Part shown: positions 23,784-37,460 of the stretch, piece after piece | Numbering within the stretch: position 1 is the stretch's first letter | Layout of the letters: the number at the start of each line of letters is the position of its first letter | Origin: Octopus vulgaris | Lineage: Eukaryota | Assembly (NCBI GenBank): GCA_951406725.2 | Contig: OX597814.1 | Location: forward strand, 48,360,001-48,424,000 | Reading direction: 5' to 3' | DNA length: 64,000 nt | The notes under the pieces: generated by a model | Databases searched by the model: none | Told to the model about the DNA's origin: nothing | Seen by the model: only the letters and a program-made list of their open reading frames with translations | Made by a program: the position numbers and the translations under genes

Positions 23784-25679
23784 AACATTATAATAGAGTA
23801 GCTTCCTTACTTCCATTTTTGTTATTAATAATGCTGAGACAGTTGAATGGATAGAGCATTGGAATTGTTATTCATAGGTTATAAGTTCAAATCTACTGCT
23901 AGTGATTTTGTATATTTCCCCACTAGTACTCTGTTTATTCTGTATTGCCTGAGTTCACCCATCTGTTGGCTATGAATACTAGATCATGCAGGCATGTTAT
24001 CCTGCTTCATTCCTCTTATTTCTATAATCTTGTAAATTGATATAGACATTAAAACTAAATAATAATAATACACATATGGCTTGAAATATGGTTGTTGTTT
24101 CATGCTGCTGCATTTGCTATAAATACTACACAGTAGCAAACAAAGCTACCTTTCAATTGCAAACTTCTGCTTTATGCTTTTGTATTTGTTTGAAATAACA
24201 ATGTATTTCATTTGAATTAAAATTGTGTGTTTGTGTGTATGCATTCATGTGTATGGTGTTTATTGGTATGTGAGAGCATGTTTATGCACACATATGAGCA
24301 CACACTCACATACACACGTACACACACAAATATGTGTGTGTGTGTGTGCAAGTGTGTCTATGTGTGCATAAACATGCATACACATCACAATGAACACCAT
24401 GCACATTACTGCATGCACAATTAAACAGACAGTATACATTTGTGTGTGTCTGTGTGTGTGTGTGTGTGTGTATGAGAGAATCTGTTGTAATTGTATGTTT
24501 ATATCGATTTTGAGGCTTTGCCAATGAAACCTAGACTGGAGTCTTTTTACAACATGTATTATTATTATTAACACTATCAAAAACTCGTCTCTGACCTCAG
24601 CCATCACATTAATGACCTCAAGTGTGACCTTTGCAGTTGCTGCTGGCTCCACCTACATATTAACAGCATCTCATCCTACAACTTTACAGGCTGCTATCCA
24701 CATCCCTAATTACTAGTCACAGAGAGGCAGTTCTGTCACATTTCTCCATCAATTATAATTTTCTCTTTTTATTTATGAGCGGATCAGTCTCAACCTAAAT
24801 ATTAAAACATCTCATAACTATTAAAGGTTACATTTAATAATTGCCTTATGTACTTCACCTATCTTTTCTTCTATCACCTATGCTTCGCGGTAAGTATTTG
24901 TAAGCCTGGCTCATTGTGTATTTAATATAGAGCTTATGTTGTCATCTGCTTCAGTATTGATATTCTCTCTTTGTTGTGAGTATTTTTTAGCTTGTGTTGA
25001 TGTTCCTTTTCATTACTTGTATTCTGGATCTGTCACTTCTTCTGTCTTATTTTAAGTAATCCTGTTCAAAGGTTATTTCTGTTTCTATTTTCTAACATGT
25101 ATAAAATTGTCTTAACTCATCCCTTCGGCAGTAAACCAGTCTCTCATCTAACAACTATTCATTATTTGTTTATGTCTGAGTAGCTCATGCTTTGCTAATA
25201 CTCTCCTCCCGAGGGGACTATGTGCCTACCCAGCTCTGATTTCTTCTCTGATATGCAACTTTAACATGCATTTCTCAAACATAATCTGTCTGTATAAAGA
25301 GGGGATATCTACATGGTTTCCTGATAAGGTGGGACGAGAAGCCTGATTGCCCCTCTAATTCGTACACTCATGAATTAAATGTTAGAGCACATAGTTACAG
25401 CCAGTGATAAACTGGGGGCTTAACAATAGTAACAACAACAGCCATTACATGTGTCCGTAGATAGTATATAGAAAGTAAATAAACATAAGCGATTGTGACC
25501 AACTTTCATAAAATACAGTTTGTGTGTGTGTATATATGTGTGTGTGTGTGTGTGTGTGCATATATGTAGTCCAAACTATGCCAGCACGATGATGGTGCAC
25601 ATAACGATGTGTGTCTGTAATCATGTGTAATCATAGTGGTGTAGGCATGTGTGTGTGTATATATATATACCTTGTATAT

Positions 25680-25947
25680 ATACAAGCGCATATATATATA
25701 TATATATATATATATGTGTATATATATATGTGTATATATATTTATGTAGCTCTCTCTATATATATGTGTATATATATATATGTGTATATATATTTATGTA
25801 GCTCTCTCTATATATATGCATATATATATACATTCTGTATGTATATATACATTTCTGTATATATTTATGAGTATATGTATATATAAATATTTATGAGTAT
25901 ATGTATATATACATATTTATGAATATATAATTATATATATATTTATC

Positions 25948-25986
<39 letters not shown>

Positions 25987-26266
25987 GTATGTATATATAT
26001 ATATGTATCTGTATGTATATATATATATATGTATCTGTATGTATATATATATATGTATCTGTATGTATATATATATATGTATCTGTATGTATATATATAT
26101 ATGTATCTGTATGTATATATATATATGTATCTGTATGTATATATATATATGTATCTGTATGTATATATATATATATATATTTGTATGTATATATGTATGT
26201 ATGTATATATATATGTATGTATGTATATATATATGTATGTATGTATATATATCTGTATTTGTATGT

Positions 26267-26300
<34 letters not shown>

Positions 26301-26433
26301 ACACTCATGTGTGTATATATATATATATGTATGTATAAATATATACTCATATATATATATTCAAATATGTGTGTGTGTGTATATATATATATATGTATGT
26401 ATAAATATATACTCATATATATATATTCAAATA

Positions 26434-26464
<31 letters not shown>

Positions 26465-26840
26465 GTATGTATAAATATATACTCATCATCATCATCATCA
26501 TCATCATCGTTTATATATATATATTCAAATATGTGTGTGCGTGTATATATATATATATGTATGTATAAATATATACTCATATATATATATTCAAATATGT
26601 GTGTGTGTGTGTATATATATATTTATATATATATATGTACGTATAAATATATACTCATATATATGTACTCATATGTATATATGTTTATAAGTACGTATAT
26701 ATATATATATATTCATATATATTCATATATATATATATATATATCATGGTTTAACATCTGCTTTCCATGCTAGCATGGGTTGATATATATATATGTATAT
26801 ATATATTCATATATATTCACATATATATATATATATATAT
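25680..26840. repeat. TA-rich micro/minisatellite array (about 20-22-bp and about 62-bp units)
   Basis: Repeated gtatctgtatgtatatatatatat and actcatatatatatattcaaatatgtgtgtg...ataaatatat units. Confidence 0.95.
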
Positions 26841-26841
26841 A

Positions 26842-26997
26842 TGGCGCAAGAGTGGTAAGTAGCTTGTTTACCAACCACATGGTTCCGGGTTTAGTCCTAC
26901 TGCGTGGCACCTTGGGCAAGTGTCTTCTACTATAGCCTCGGGCCGACCAAAGCCTTGTGAGTGGATTTGGTAGACGGAAACTGAAAGAAGCCCGTCG

Positions 26998-27054
<57 letters not shown>

Positions 27055-27260
27055 ATGTTTGTGTATCTGTGTTTGTCCCCCAAGCATTGCTTGACAACCG
27101 ATGCTGGTGTGTTTATGTCCCCGTCACTTAGCGGTTCGGCAAAAGAGACCGATAGAATAAGTACTGGGCTTACAAAGAATAAGTCCCGGGGTCGAGTTGC
27201 TCGACTAAAAGTGGTGCTCCAGCATGGCCACAGTCAACTGACTGAAACAAGTAAAAGAGT
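26842..27260 (+). mobile_element. tRNA-derived SINE (family B)
   Basis: Reverse-complement match to 18378-18786. Confidence 0.85.
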
Positions 27261-27315
27261 ATATATATACACATATGTATATAAATATATATTCATATAT
27301 ATATATGTGTATGTA

Positions 27316-27363
<48 letters not shown>

Positions 27364-27499
27364 ATCATCTTCATTGTTTAACGTCCGCTTTCCATGCTAG
27401 CATGGGTTGGACGATTTAATGCATATATATATATATGCATACTCATATTTGTATATGTATATACATATATATACATACTCATATTTGTATATATATATA

Positions 27500-27882
27500 T
27501 GCGGAAGCTCTCTGTCGGTTACGACGACGAGGGTTCTGGTTGATCCGAATCAACGGAACAGCCTGCTCGTGAAATTAACGTGTAAGTGGCTGAGCACTCC
27601 ACAGACACGTGTACCCTTAACGTACTTCTCAGGGATATTCAGCGTGACACAGAGAGTGACAAGGCCAGCCCTTTGAAATACAGGTACAACAGAAACAGGA
27701 AGTAAGAGTGAGAGAAAGTTGTGGTGAAAGAGTACAGCAGGGATCACCACCATCCCCTGCCGGAGCCTCGTGGAGCTTTAGGTGTTTTCGCTCAATAAAC
27801 ACTCACAATGCCCGGTCTGGGAATCGAAATCGCGATCCGACCGCGAGTCCGCTGCCCTAACCACTGGGCCATTGCGCCTCCA
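27500..27882 (-). mobile_element. tRNA-derived SINE (family C)
   Basis: Minus strand ggaggcgcaatggcccagtggttagggcagcggactcgcgg...tttcgattccc; CpGs retained; relative at 61705-61966. Confidence 0.85.
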
Positions 27883-27884
27883 TG

Positions 27885-27922
<38 letters not shown>

Positions 27923-27959
27923 TATATATGCATACTCATATTTATATGTATATATGCGA

Positions 27960-30772
27960 CAACAACAGAAATAAAATGCAACCACATTTCACCTCCTACA
28001 ACCAAACAATGAAGACGGAACTATGGAAAAACCATAACACTAAATAATATGAACATAAACTATGTATCATCTGATAAAGTGGGAAAACCTAAGTGGCAAC
28101 TCTGTTTTACTAAGGTATCTAGAAAATATGAAGGCCAACCTAAGCCAGGTGATCCAACGAGCTATCAGCAACCATTTATGCAAATCACAAGGAACACACA
28201 CCCACCACCAACTAGAAAAATCACACACACACACAGATTCATACAAAAACCCTTACTGCTATCTCTGAACAACATAAAATATAACACTGAGCTCTTAGAA
28301 CAATGCAAATATCAAACTACCCTTACCTCGTTATACCTGTTAAATGTACGTGGCATCAACCCATCACTCATTCCCCAAAATAGAAGATCCCATACTAAGA
28401 GAGTTGGCTTGTCGAAACGGCACATTGCTTCCCCTCCTTTATCCTTACTGAAACTCACCTAAACAGCACACATATGGTTGCTGAGGTGAAAATAAAAGAT
28501 TTCACCATTATCTGTGCAGATAGCACAGACCGAAATAAAGGGGGGACAGCCATCTTTCTCCATGACTCCTTTTCAGTTGATGCCAAAGACATTTTCCAAA
28601 GGCTATTGTGAATCTATATCACTATTCAACAAGGCCAAAGATATAATCATTGTTGGCCTTTACAGGCCTCCCCAAGCACCTCTAAAGTGCTTTGAAGAGT
28701 GCCTCAATATCAAGTCCGTCTTTCAAAAATACAACTCCAGAAATATCCTAATGGTGGGTGATTTTAACCTCCCTCATATAAACTGGCCCACAAATACTCT
28801 GAAGTTAGGCAAATGCTCTACATCAGACAAAGCAGCAGCAGAATTACTCTTTAATCTAATGGATAAATTTTTCCTGACTCAGCTAGTACTTGAACTAACA
28901 AGACTGAATACAATGATCTTGGATCTAATATTAACCAACCACTCTAGCTCTGTTCACAGTATTTCAGTTGAAAAAAAACTCTCCTCTCAGACCACGACAT
29001 GATACTCTGCAAATTTAATTTCTGGCATCTCAAAACCAAACCAGCCAATCTCACTCCATTGCACTTATTTGACAGCATAAACTTCTACAAAGTAGATTGG
29101 GGAGCAATCAGGAAGGATCTACCCTTCATCGACTGGTCCTTCAATCTCAGTTCCACTCACATTGAGACTGCATGGCAGCACTTTGAGATCATTGTCACCT
29201 GTGCATGCTTGAAACATGCTCCTATGAAATTCACTAACACAAACAGAAACTGGCTCCTTAGAAAGAAAGAAACACTCATCAGGCGCATCAAAAGATTCAA
29301 TAAAAAAAATCAACCAGTTAAAATACTCCCACATACAACATCCACATTCAACAACATTGAAAAGGCTGGAGTTAGAAAAACTTCATCTGTAGACCGACAT
29401 GAAAACCTCCATTGAAAATCAAAGAGCTGCAGAGGGTAATCAAAAATATCAAACAACTCAAAAATGTTCTATTCTTATGCAAATAAGCATAGATCCGCTG
29501 TCTCACCCATTGGGCCATTGATTGATGATAAAGGTATTTCCCAACACGATGCTAAAGAACTGGCAGAAATACTGCAGAAACAATACTGCTCTGTCTTTAG
29601 TGATCCCACTGATACTGACATAAGGGAAGCAAACAAAGTTGATTCCCAACACAAACCTTGGACATAACCTTCACTGCCTCAGACATCATAGCAGCAATAA
29701 CTGAGGTCAAATACTATTCTGCTGTAGGCCCCGATAGATTCCCTGCAAGTCTTCTGAAGGAATGTAGTCACCAACTTGCAGTCCCTCTGACCAACCTATG
29801 GAGAAATTCTTTAGACTCAGGTTATATATCGAAACAGCTTCTATCCCAGTCTGTCATCCCGGTTTTCAAACAGGGAAACAGATCCCTCACAGTCAACTAT
29901 CGCCCAATCTCACTCACCTCCCACATCATTAAAGTGTTTGAAAGAGTGGTAAGATCCAGGATAGCTGGCTTCCTGGAGATCCACGAACTCCTAAATGCAA
30001 ATCAGCATGACTTTCACAGGGACTGCCTAACACAGCTCTTACACCACATTAAGGATATACTTAAAGCCTTGGGAAAAGGTTCGAACTCTGATGTCATATA
30101 TCTTGACTTCAGTAAAGCGTTCGACAGGGTTGACCATAATATCTTACTCTCAGAATTAGCAAATGTTGGAATCCGTGGAAAACTTCTACGCTGGATTGAG
30201 TATTTCCTGGCAAATAGAACATAACATGTTGTTGATGGAGTTCACTCAAACCCAGCAGTGTCCCTCATTGGACTGTCTTGGGCCTGCTCCTCTTCATAAT
30301 CTATATAAATGACCTTTCAAGCATTGTAAAACACTGCAAAGTGAAAATATTTGCTGATGACACTAAGCTTCAGAAAATCGTCAATGAAGAAGAAGACTGA
30401 ACTCAACTCCAGTCTGATCTATATGCTGTGAGTCAATAAGCAGACAAAAACAAAATGCAACTAAATGGAGGAAAATTTGTATTGATGCATTTTGGAAGAA
30501 CGACTACACTAAAACAGCCATACTGTTTTCCTTCAGGGAAATCACTCATAGCATCTAATAATATCAGAGACCTAGGAGTAATTGTTGATAACGATCTCAG
30601 TTGGAGTGTCCATATCAACAATAAGGTTGATATACCTCGTTGGATGAGCTCCTGGATCTTAAGAACCTTCCGGTCCAGAGAACAAGGTGTCATTATTCCA
30701 CTTTTCTCCTCCTTTGTATGGCCACACCTCGAGTACTACTTCCCCCTGTGGTCTCCCCATACAAAACAAAAT
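27960..30772 (+). mobile_element. CR1-clade LINE ORF2 (APE + RT), disrupted
   Basis: LNVRG, LTETHL, GLYRPP, VGDFNLPHINW, ILDLILTN, GPDRFP, YRPISLTS, IYLDFSKAFDRVDH, IFADDTKL, with many frameshifts. Confidence 0.95.
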
Positions 30773-31049
30773 ATGTGTGGGTATGTGTGTATGCATGGGA
30801 TTGTGTCTGTGAAGTAAATGTATGTTATTCTGTGTATGTGTGCTTGTATGTGCCTGTGTTTGTCCATGTCTGTATAATTGTGTGCATGTATGTATGAGTG
30901 TGTGTTGTGTGTGTGTGGGAGGTATGTGTGCATACATGTGTGTGTGTGTGTATGTATATGTATGTGTGTATATGTGTGTGTGCATGTGTCTATGTGCATG
31001 TATATATGTTTGTGTGCATGTGTGTGTATGTGCGTGTGTGCATGTGTAT

Positions 31050-32785
31050 ATGAAGGGTGATGAAGGGGCAGGTGTGGCAGTGGGATCTGGAGCATGGGAA
31101 GGATCCAGGTAGGGCTGGGGAGGAAGAGGGGAAGGTGCTATGGACAAGAAGATCATGTAGGTTCCGGGCGCATTTAAAGGAGGACAAGGGTTGGTTGGGG
31201 AAAATGGGGCAGGTGGTGGGATTGAGCTGGAGATGATGGAAGGCCTGTAGGATCCTCTGACGAACAGGTAGGGTGGAGGGGTGCGAAAGGGGGTTGGCTT
31301 GGGTAAGGAGAGGGTGGTAGTGCGATCGATTTGACGAGCGTGGGCAAGGGCGGTTTTGACAAGGGTTGAGGGGTATCCTCGATGAATGAACAGGTGGGCA
31401 AGGTATTGGGACTGTCTAAAAATCCTGGTTCCAGCTGCACAAGTGTCGGAGGTGGAGGAACTGGGTGTAGGGGATGGCCTGTTTGATGTGGAAGGGATGG
31501 GAGGAGGAGAAGTTGAGGTAGAGGTGGGTTTGAAGAAGGCACATGTGGTGAGAGAGTGGGAGGGGTGGTCAATGGTAAGAGAGATATCTAGGAAGTTAAC
31601 CAGGGTGTTAGAGATAGTAGGAGTGAATTGGAGAGAAGGGTGGAAGTGATGAAGTGGCAGAGTTGTTCATGGGAGAAGGAGGTGGCACTTATACAGTCGT
31701 CTATGTAGTGACCGTATAGCTCTGGGGTCGGTCCTGAGAATTGGGAGAATGCTTGGGCCTCAATGTGACCAACAAATAGGTTGGCAAAATTGGGGCCCAT
31801 TCTCGTTCCCATCGTGACCCCAGACACCTATTGGTAGGTTTCCCCGGCGAACATAAAACAGTTGAGGGTGAGGATGAGCTCTGCCAGGCGAAGAAGGGTA
31901 GTGGTGCTGGGTGTGGTGTCAGGGCAACAGTCAAGGATGTATTGGAGGGCTAAGAGACTTTCATTGTGGGGAACCACTGTGTATAGGGATTTGATGTCCA
32001 AGGTGAAGAGGAGGTGTGAGGTGCCAGGAGGGAAGGAAAAGGAATTGAAGAGGGGAAAAGCGTGATTAGTGTCATGTATGTGGGATGGAAAGTCAGCAAC
32101 TAAAGGGGACAGGATATGGTTTAGGTATTTGGAAATGAGTTTGGTGGGGCAGTTACAGGCAGAAACAATAGGGTGGCCAGGGTTGTTGGATTTATGTATT
32201 TTGGGAAGGAAATAGATGATGGAAGTACAGGGTGTTTGGATGATGAGGTTGGTGGCGGTGGGAGGGAGAGCAGAAGAGGAGATGAGGTCATGGATGGTGG
32301 AGGATGCTCACTGCTAGTAGGGGTTGGAGGGGGGAGGCGATAGAAGAGGGGATTTTGAAGTTGGCTGAGTGCTTCCTCTCTGTATAGGTCTGCATGCCAC
32401 ACCACCACTGCTCCACCTTTGTCTGCCGGTTTGATGACGATGTCGTTACGGCGACATAGGTCACGAAGGACAATTGATTCAGCACGGGTGAGGTTGGCTA
32501 GGAGGGATCTTATTTTGAAATTGAATTGGTTGACCAACGCATTGCAGTCGTGTACAAACAAATCTAGGCTACTGAATTGGCCTGGAGGTGGCGTCCAGTT
32601 GGATGGGCTTCGTCCCAGCTCCGAAAAGCAATCCTGATTGGCATGACGCTGTGTAGATGTGTGGAATGTGGAAAAACGTGTATAGTTTTGATGCAGCGCA
32701 GGAACTGGCTGACATCGGTGCGGGTCTCAAATTCGTCACAGTGGGGCATGAGAGGCATGAAGCGGAGCCCCTTACTGAGGAGTTG
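31050..32785 (-). mobile_element. Penelope-like (Neptune-type) RT, disrupted
   Basis: IVIKPADKGGAVVVW, PKIHKSNNPGHPIVS, GVTMGTRMGPNFANLFVG, YIDDCI, Cys linker FPCSRSHCHTCP. Confidence 0.92.
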
Positions 32786-32840
32786 TTTTATTATCGGAGT
32801 TCGTTTTATTATCCATTATATATATATATATATATATATA

Positions 32841-33340
32841 TCATCATCATTATCACCATCGTTTAACATCCGTTTTCCAAGCTTGCATGAATTGGATGGC
32901 TTGACTGAGGTCTGGAAAGCCAGCAGCTGCACCAGGCTCCAATCTGATCTGGCAATATTTCTACAGCTGGATGCCCTTCCTAATGCCAACCACTCCAAGA
33001 GTGTAGTGGGTGTTTTTTACATGTCACTGGCACAGGAGCTGATCAGGTAGGCCTGGCATCCATCACATTTAGATAGTGCTTTTTATGTGCCACCAGTACG
33101 GGAGCCAGTCAGGTGGCCCTGGCATCAATCATGCTTGGATAGAGCTTTTACATTCCACTGGTATGGGAATCAGTCAAGGGGTACTGGCATCAACCATGAA
33201 CAGAGGGTGCATTTTACGTGCCACCAGCACAGGAGCCAGTCAGGTAGACCTGGCATCGACCATGTTTGGATGCTGCTTTCCACGTACCACTGGCACGGGA
33301 GCCAGTCAGGGGGCACTGGCATCGACCACATTTTGATGAT
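32841..33340 (-). mobile_element. RTE 3' end copy (family A) with about 5 tandem units
   Basis: (CAT)n tail and repeated tttacgtgccaccagcacaggagccagtcagg...ctggcatc units. Confidence 0.85.
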
Positions 33341-33361
33341 GCATACATATATATACCATGT

Positions 33362-33685
33362 GAAGGCGCATGTCTTAGTGGTTAGGGTAGTTGGCTCATG
33401 ATTGTAAGGTCATGAGTTCAGTTCCTGGCAATGTGTTGTGTCCTTAGCAAGACACTTTATTTCACATTGCTCCAGTTCACTCAGCTGGCAGAAATGAGTA
33501 GTACCTGTATTTCAAGGGGCCAGCTTTGTTACATTCTGTGTAATGCTAAATCTCCCTGAGAACTATGTTAAGAGTACACGTGTCTGTGAAGTGCTCAACC
33601 TCTTGCACATTATTGTCACAGTGCAAGCTGTTTCATTGATTGTATCAGCTGAGACCCTCATTGTCATAACTGACAGAGTGCTCCC
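33362..33685 (+). mobile_element. tRNA-derived SINE (family D head)
   Basis: gaaggcgcatgtcttagtggttagg...gagttcagttcct; 3' half resembles family C. Confidence 0.75.
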
Positions 33686-34094
33686 ATACATACATATAGA
33701 TATGTGTATGTATTTAAAAAAAATCAATCTGCTTAAATACTGTCACAAGGGCAATAACAATACTGAGATTAAAAAAGCCTCATCTACTGAATCATATGAG
33801 GGCTTTTGTTAATAAGCAAAGATTGTTGAGTAAGACTGTACCTTTGCAAAAAAATTTGAAGCAATTTCAGGGTTCTGTTCATTTGAAAAAGATATGTTTG
33901 TGTGTCTGTGTTTGTCCCCCCCAACATCGCGTGACAACCGATGCTGCTGTGTTTACGTCCCTGGTTCAGCAAAAGAGACTGATAGAATAAGTACTAGGCT
34001 TACAAAGAATAAGTCTTGGGGTTGATTTGCTCGACTAAAGACAGTGCTCCAGCATGGTCACAGTCACATGACTGAAACAACTAAAAGAGTATAG

Positions 34095-35175
34095 GGCCAC
34101 TGTTTTTTTTTATCAGCCTATATCGATGGAAACAGCATACTCCTGAATAATATCAAAGAAATGCAGGAGATTCTGCAAAAGCAATACTACTCTGCTTTCA
34201 GAGCAGTATTGCTTCATAGACAGTGTTAATGGATAAATCTTCTGTATATCCTCCCTGATATAACCTTTAGCACAGTGGACATATATTAGCAATAAATAAA
34301 ATGCAAACTTAATTTAGCAGCAGGTCCTGACAGGTTCTCTGCTAGTGTTATAGTAGGAGTGCTAACATCAACTTGCATCTTTTCTTGTTAATCTCTTGAA
34401 GAAAATGCTTGGCACAGGTTTTATTCTTGAGCATTTTCTGCTCCAGTCTGTAATCCCAGTTTTTAAAAAGTGTAGTAAGTTACTTGTAGTGAATTGCCAT
34501 CCTGTCTCACTGACCTCTTATATTATTAACCCTTTAGTGTTCAGATTATTCAATCAAACATAATGCCTATTGATTCCCATTGATTTGAATTAATCATGTA
34601 TTATCTCATATCTTCAAGATCTTGATGGTGTAATTACTTAATGTAGAATAACATTGTAGGGTAGGTGTGAGGGCCTGGATCTGGTCAGTTTGAACATAAA
34701 ACAGATTAAATATTTTGGCCGGATATGGCCGGTTTAAATACTAAAGGGTTAAAGTAGTCTAAGGAGTGATGAGATAAAACAAAATAGCTCCCTACCCAAA
34801 GAGAAATTACTTTCTTCATCCTAACCAGATTGGTTTTTGTGGTGGTGGAAACAGCATAATGCAGAGACACCGTTTTTAATCCATTTTAAATGTTCTGGCA
34901 AGAGCTCCAAATCAGTTGTTGTATATCTTGAAATCAGTATATCTTTTGACTGAGTCAACCACAATATTCTGCTGAAAAAGCTATCCAACATTGGAGTCTA
35001 TGGAAAATTACTACTGTGGATCAGATGTTTACTGTCAAACAGGACCCATGTTGTGATCAGTGGACTTCACTTAAGACTTGCAAGTGTTATTAGTGGTGAC
35101 CCCGATAGAATATTGTGTCGGACCCAGTTTATTATTTTTTTATATTTAAATGACATTGCAAATGTTATCAAACTT
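34095..35175 (+). mobile_element. Degraded CR1 RT fragment interrupted by a MITE
   Basis: EILQKQYYSAF, AGPDRF, PVSLTS; colinear with 29520-30330. Confidence 0.75.
34526..34752. mobile_element. piggyBac-type MITE with TTAA TSD
   Basis: TTAA ccctttagt ... actaaaggg TTAA, inserted in the attaaagt (I-K-V) site that is intact in the CR1 near 29927. Confidence 0.85.
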
Positions 35176-35189
35176 GCTTGCTTCATGCT

Positions 35190-35845
35190 CTTGCTTGATA
35201 GGGCTGGGATCATTCCAAGTAAGTGGTTCCAGAGGCATCATCATATGTAGAGCTGACCAGGTCTGCCAGTGTCCCCCATTGCTGGCAGTCTAATGTCAGC
35301 CCCTCTTCGTTCTCTAAGGTAACGTTGAGCCTCTAGAGATTTCCCCTGATCATGTCCACCTATCTGGGGTGGGGCCTGCTATGAGGCCTCTTCCAGCCTG
35401 CAACTGCTGTGTTGGATGAGAGTAAAGCCCTGGTAGGATGATGTAGTGGGAGACAGAGAACATGTCTGTACCAATGCATGCAGTGGTTAGCTATGAGGTG
35501 GGAGGCTGCAGGCTGATTTGTGCACACTTTCAATTCTCTGTTGGAAACATGATGGTACCATCTGATGTTTTCAATGGTTCTCAGGGCTCTGCTACTGATG
35601 CTGTCAATCCTCTTTACCAGGGTCTTCAAGAGGGGCCGTGTTTCTGCTCCATAGAGAGAATGGAGAGGACTGATGTGTTGTAGATGCAGAGTTTTGTGTT
35701 CTGGGAGATAGAGCAGTGGTGCCAGAGGGTCTTCTACAGGAAGTGCATGACCCCAGCAGCCAGATCACATCTGTGGTGCTCTGGGTCAGCTTTCCATCAT
35801 TGATGACTGTGGAGCCCAGTTAGATGAAGGAGCTGAGGGCCTGGG
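35190..35845 (-). mobile_element. RTE-type LINE 3' fragment
   Basis: LRTIENIRWYHHVSNRE, WYRHVLCLP, WKRPHSRPHPR. Confidence 0.75.
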
Positions 35846-36639
35846 CCATCTCTGAGACTTAAGTATTACTTAAGTATTAGAGGCTTAAGTATTACTATGG
35901 TCAACAACCTAAGCTGGGGTGAGTCAATATGGCCTGCATAATATGTTCCTGGAAAATACACTATCAGCATTGTCCAAATAATGCCAGTGGCAAGTTCACA
36001 AGTCTCTCAAGGGCAGGCCCCTGTACCATATGCCTCCTAACAAAAATTTAGCTCATATCACATTATAATACTGCAACAATTTTATTACTTCAGCTGATTC
36101 TGCTTTATTTAACATTATCCTGCAAGACATCAAAGAAGAAAAAGCCCCGATAATATTCAAATGGTTTCTGGAAAAATACCTCTGAGAAATACCAAACAAG
36201 CCACTGTGCCACTGTATCACTGCTATCCTGTAGTCCCACCACTGCACTCTTTAGTCGCATTTCCTTTGCAATATCCTGCCACTTATATTATGGTGTTCGA
36301 ACATCAAGTGTATGCCCTGGCACTTTCTACCACCGATATCTCTCTCTTCCTTTACCATCCCATTTATATTCCGATCCCCAACTCTTGTGAGTATGCCCAG
36401 CATTTTCTCACCGTCTCTATCCTGCTGCCTCCCCACTCTCTCTCACCTTCTCCTGCACTTCCCTCGGGTTGGGTAACCATGTATTTCCTTTGCGGTAGTG
36501 CACCTGTTTTTGTCTTCATTCCTGATCTCTCTCTTTCTCTTTCATCAGCCAGCACAGGATCACCTCTTCTAATGCCCCTTCCTCTCTTGAAAGTTTTTTT
36601 TTACTTTTGTCTTGCAAGTACTTAGTGACCCTGTCAGTA

Positions 36640-36880
36640 CAGATGTCACCCAGTTCACGCTGTAAAGTGGTTGGTGTTCAGAAGGGCATCCAGCTGTAAA
36701 AATCTTGCCAAAATTGACCTTGCTTGTGCTTGTGCCACGTAAAAAGCATCAAGTCAACTCTGATGAGTGGTTGGTGTTAGGAAGAGCATCCAGCTGTAAA
36801 AACCCTGCCAAAACAGTTACAGAAGTCTGGTGCAGGCTTCTGCCTGGCCAGCTCTTGTGAAACCATCCCACCCATGGAGG
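36640..36880 (+). mobile_element. RTE-tail repeat (family A relative), two tandem heads
   Basis: agtggttggtgtt..gaag[g/a]gcatccagctgtaaaa occurs twice. Confidence 0.7.
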
Positions 36881-36884
36881 CACA

Positions 36885-36916
<32 letters not shown>

Positions 36917-36948
36917 CCATGGAAGGCGATGCATGTATGCAGATTGTG

Positions 36949-36979
<31 letters not shown>

Positions 36980-37039
36980 GTGTGTGTGTGCATGAGTGTG
37001 TGTGTGTATAGATGTATATGCATGTGTATATATATATTT

Positions 37040-37276
37040 TTTACTTGTTTCAGTCATTTGACTGTGACCATGCTGGAGCACCACATTTTAGTTGAACAAA
37101 TCAACTCTATCTATGACTTATTTTTTATGCCTGGTACTTTACTCTATCGATCTCTTTTGCCAAACCACTAAGTTACAGGGACATAAACACACCAATACCA
37201 GTTCTGAAGCAGTGATGAGTGACAAGACAAGCGCAGACACAAAGACAGACAGACAGACACACACACACACACACAT

Positions 37277-37312
<36 letters not shown>

Positions 37313-37460
37313 GACACGCTTTTTTCAGTTTCTGTCTACCAAATCCACTCACTTTGGTCAGCTCGAGGCTATAATAGAAGACACTTGCCCAAGGTGCTAC
37401 GCAGTGAGACTGAACCCAAAACCATGTGGTTGGGAAGCAAGCTTCTTACTACATGGCCAC
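37040..37460 (-). mobile_element. tRNA-derived SINE (family B)
   Basis: Diverged match to 18378-18786. Confidence 0.8.

Noticed and set aside
27800-27882. tRNA-like sequences at SINE heads
   Set aside because: The A/B boxes continue into SINE bodies with no complete cloverleaf, so these are not tRNA genes
33040-33340. Regularly spaced repeats resembling a CRISPR array (also 13400-13690)
   Set aside because: Degenerate tandem units of an RTE 3'UTR in eukaryotic DNA; no unique spacers and no cas genes
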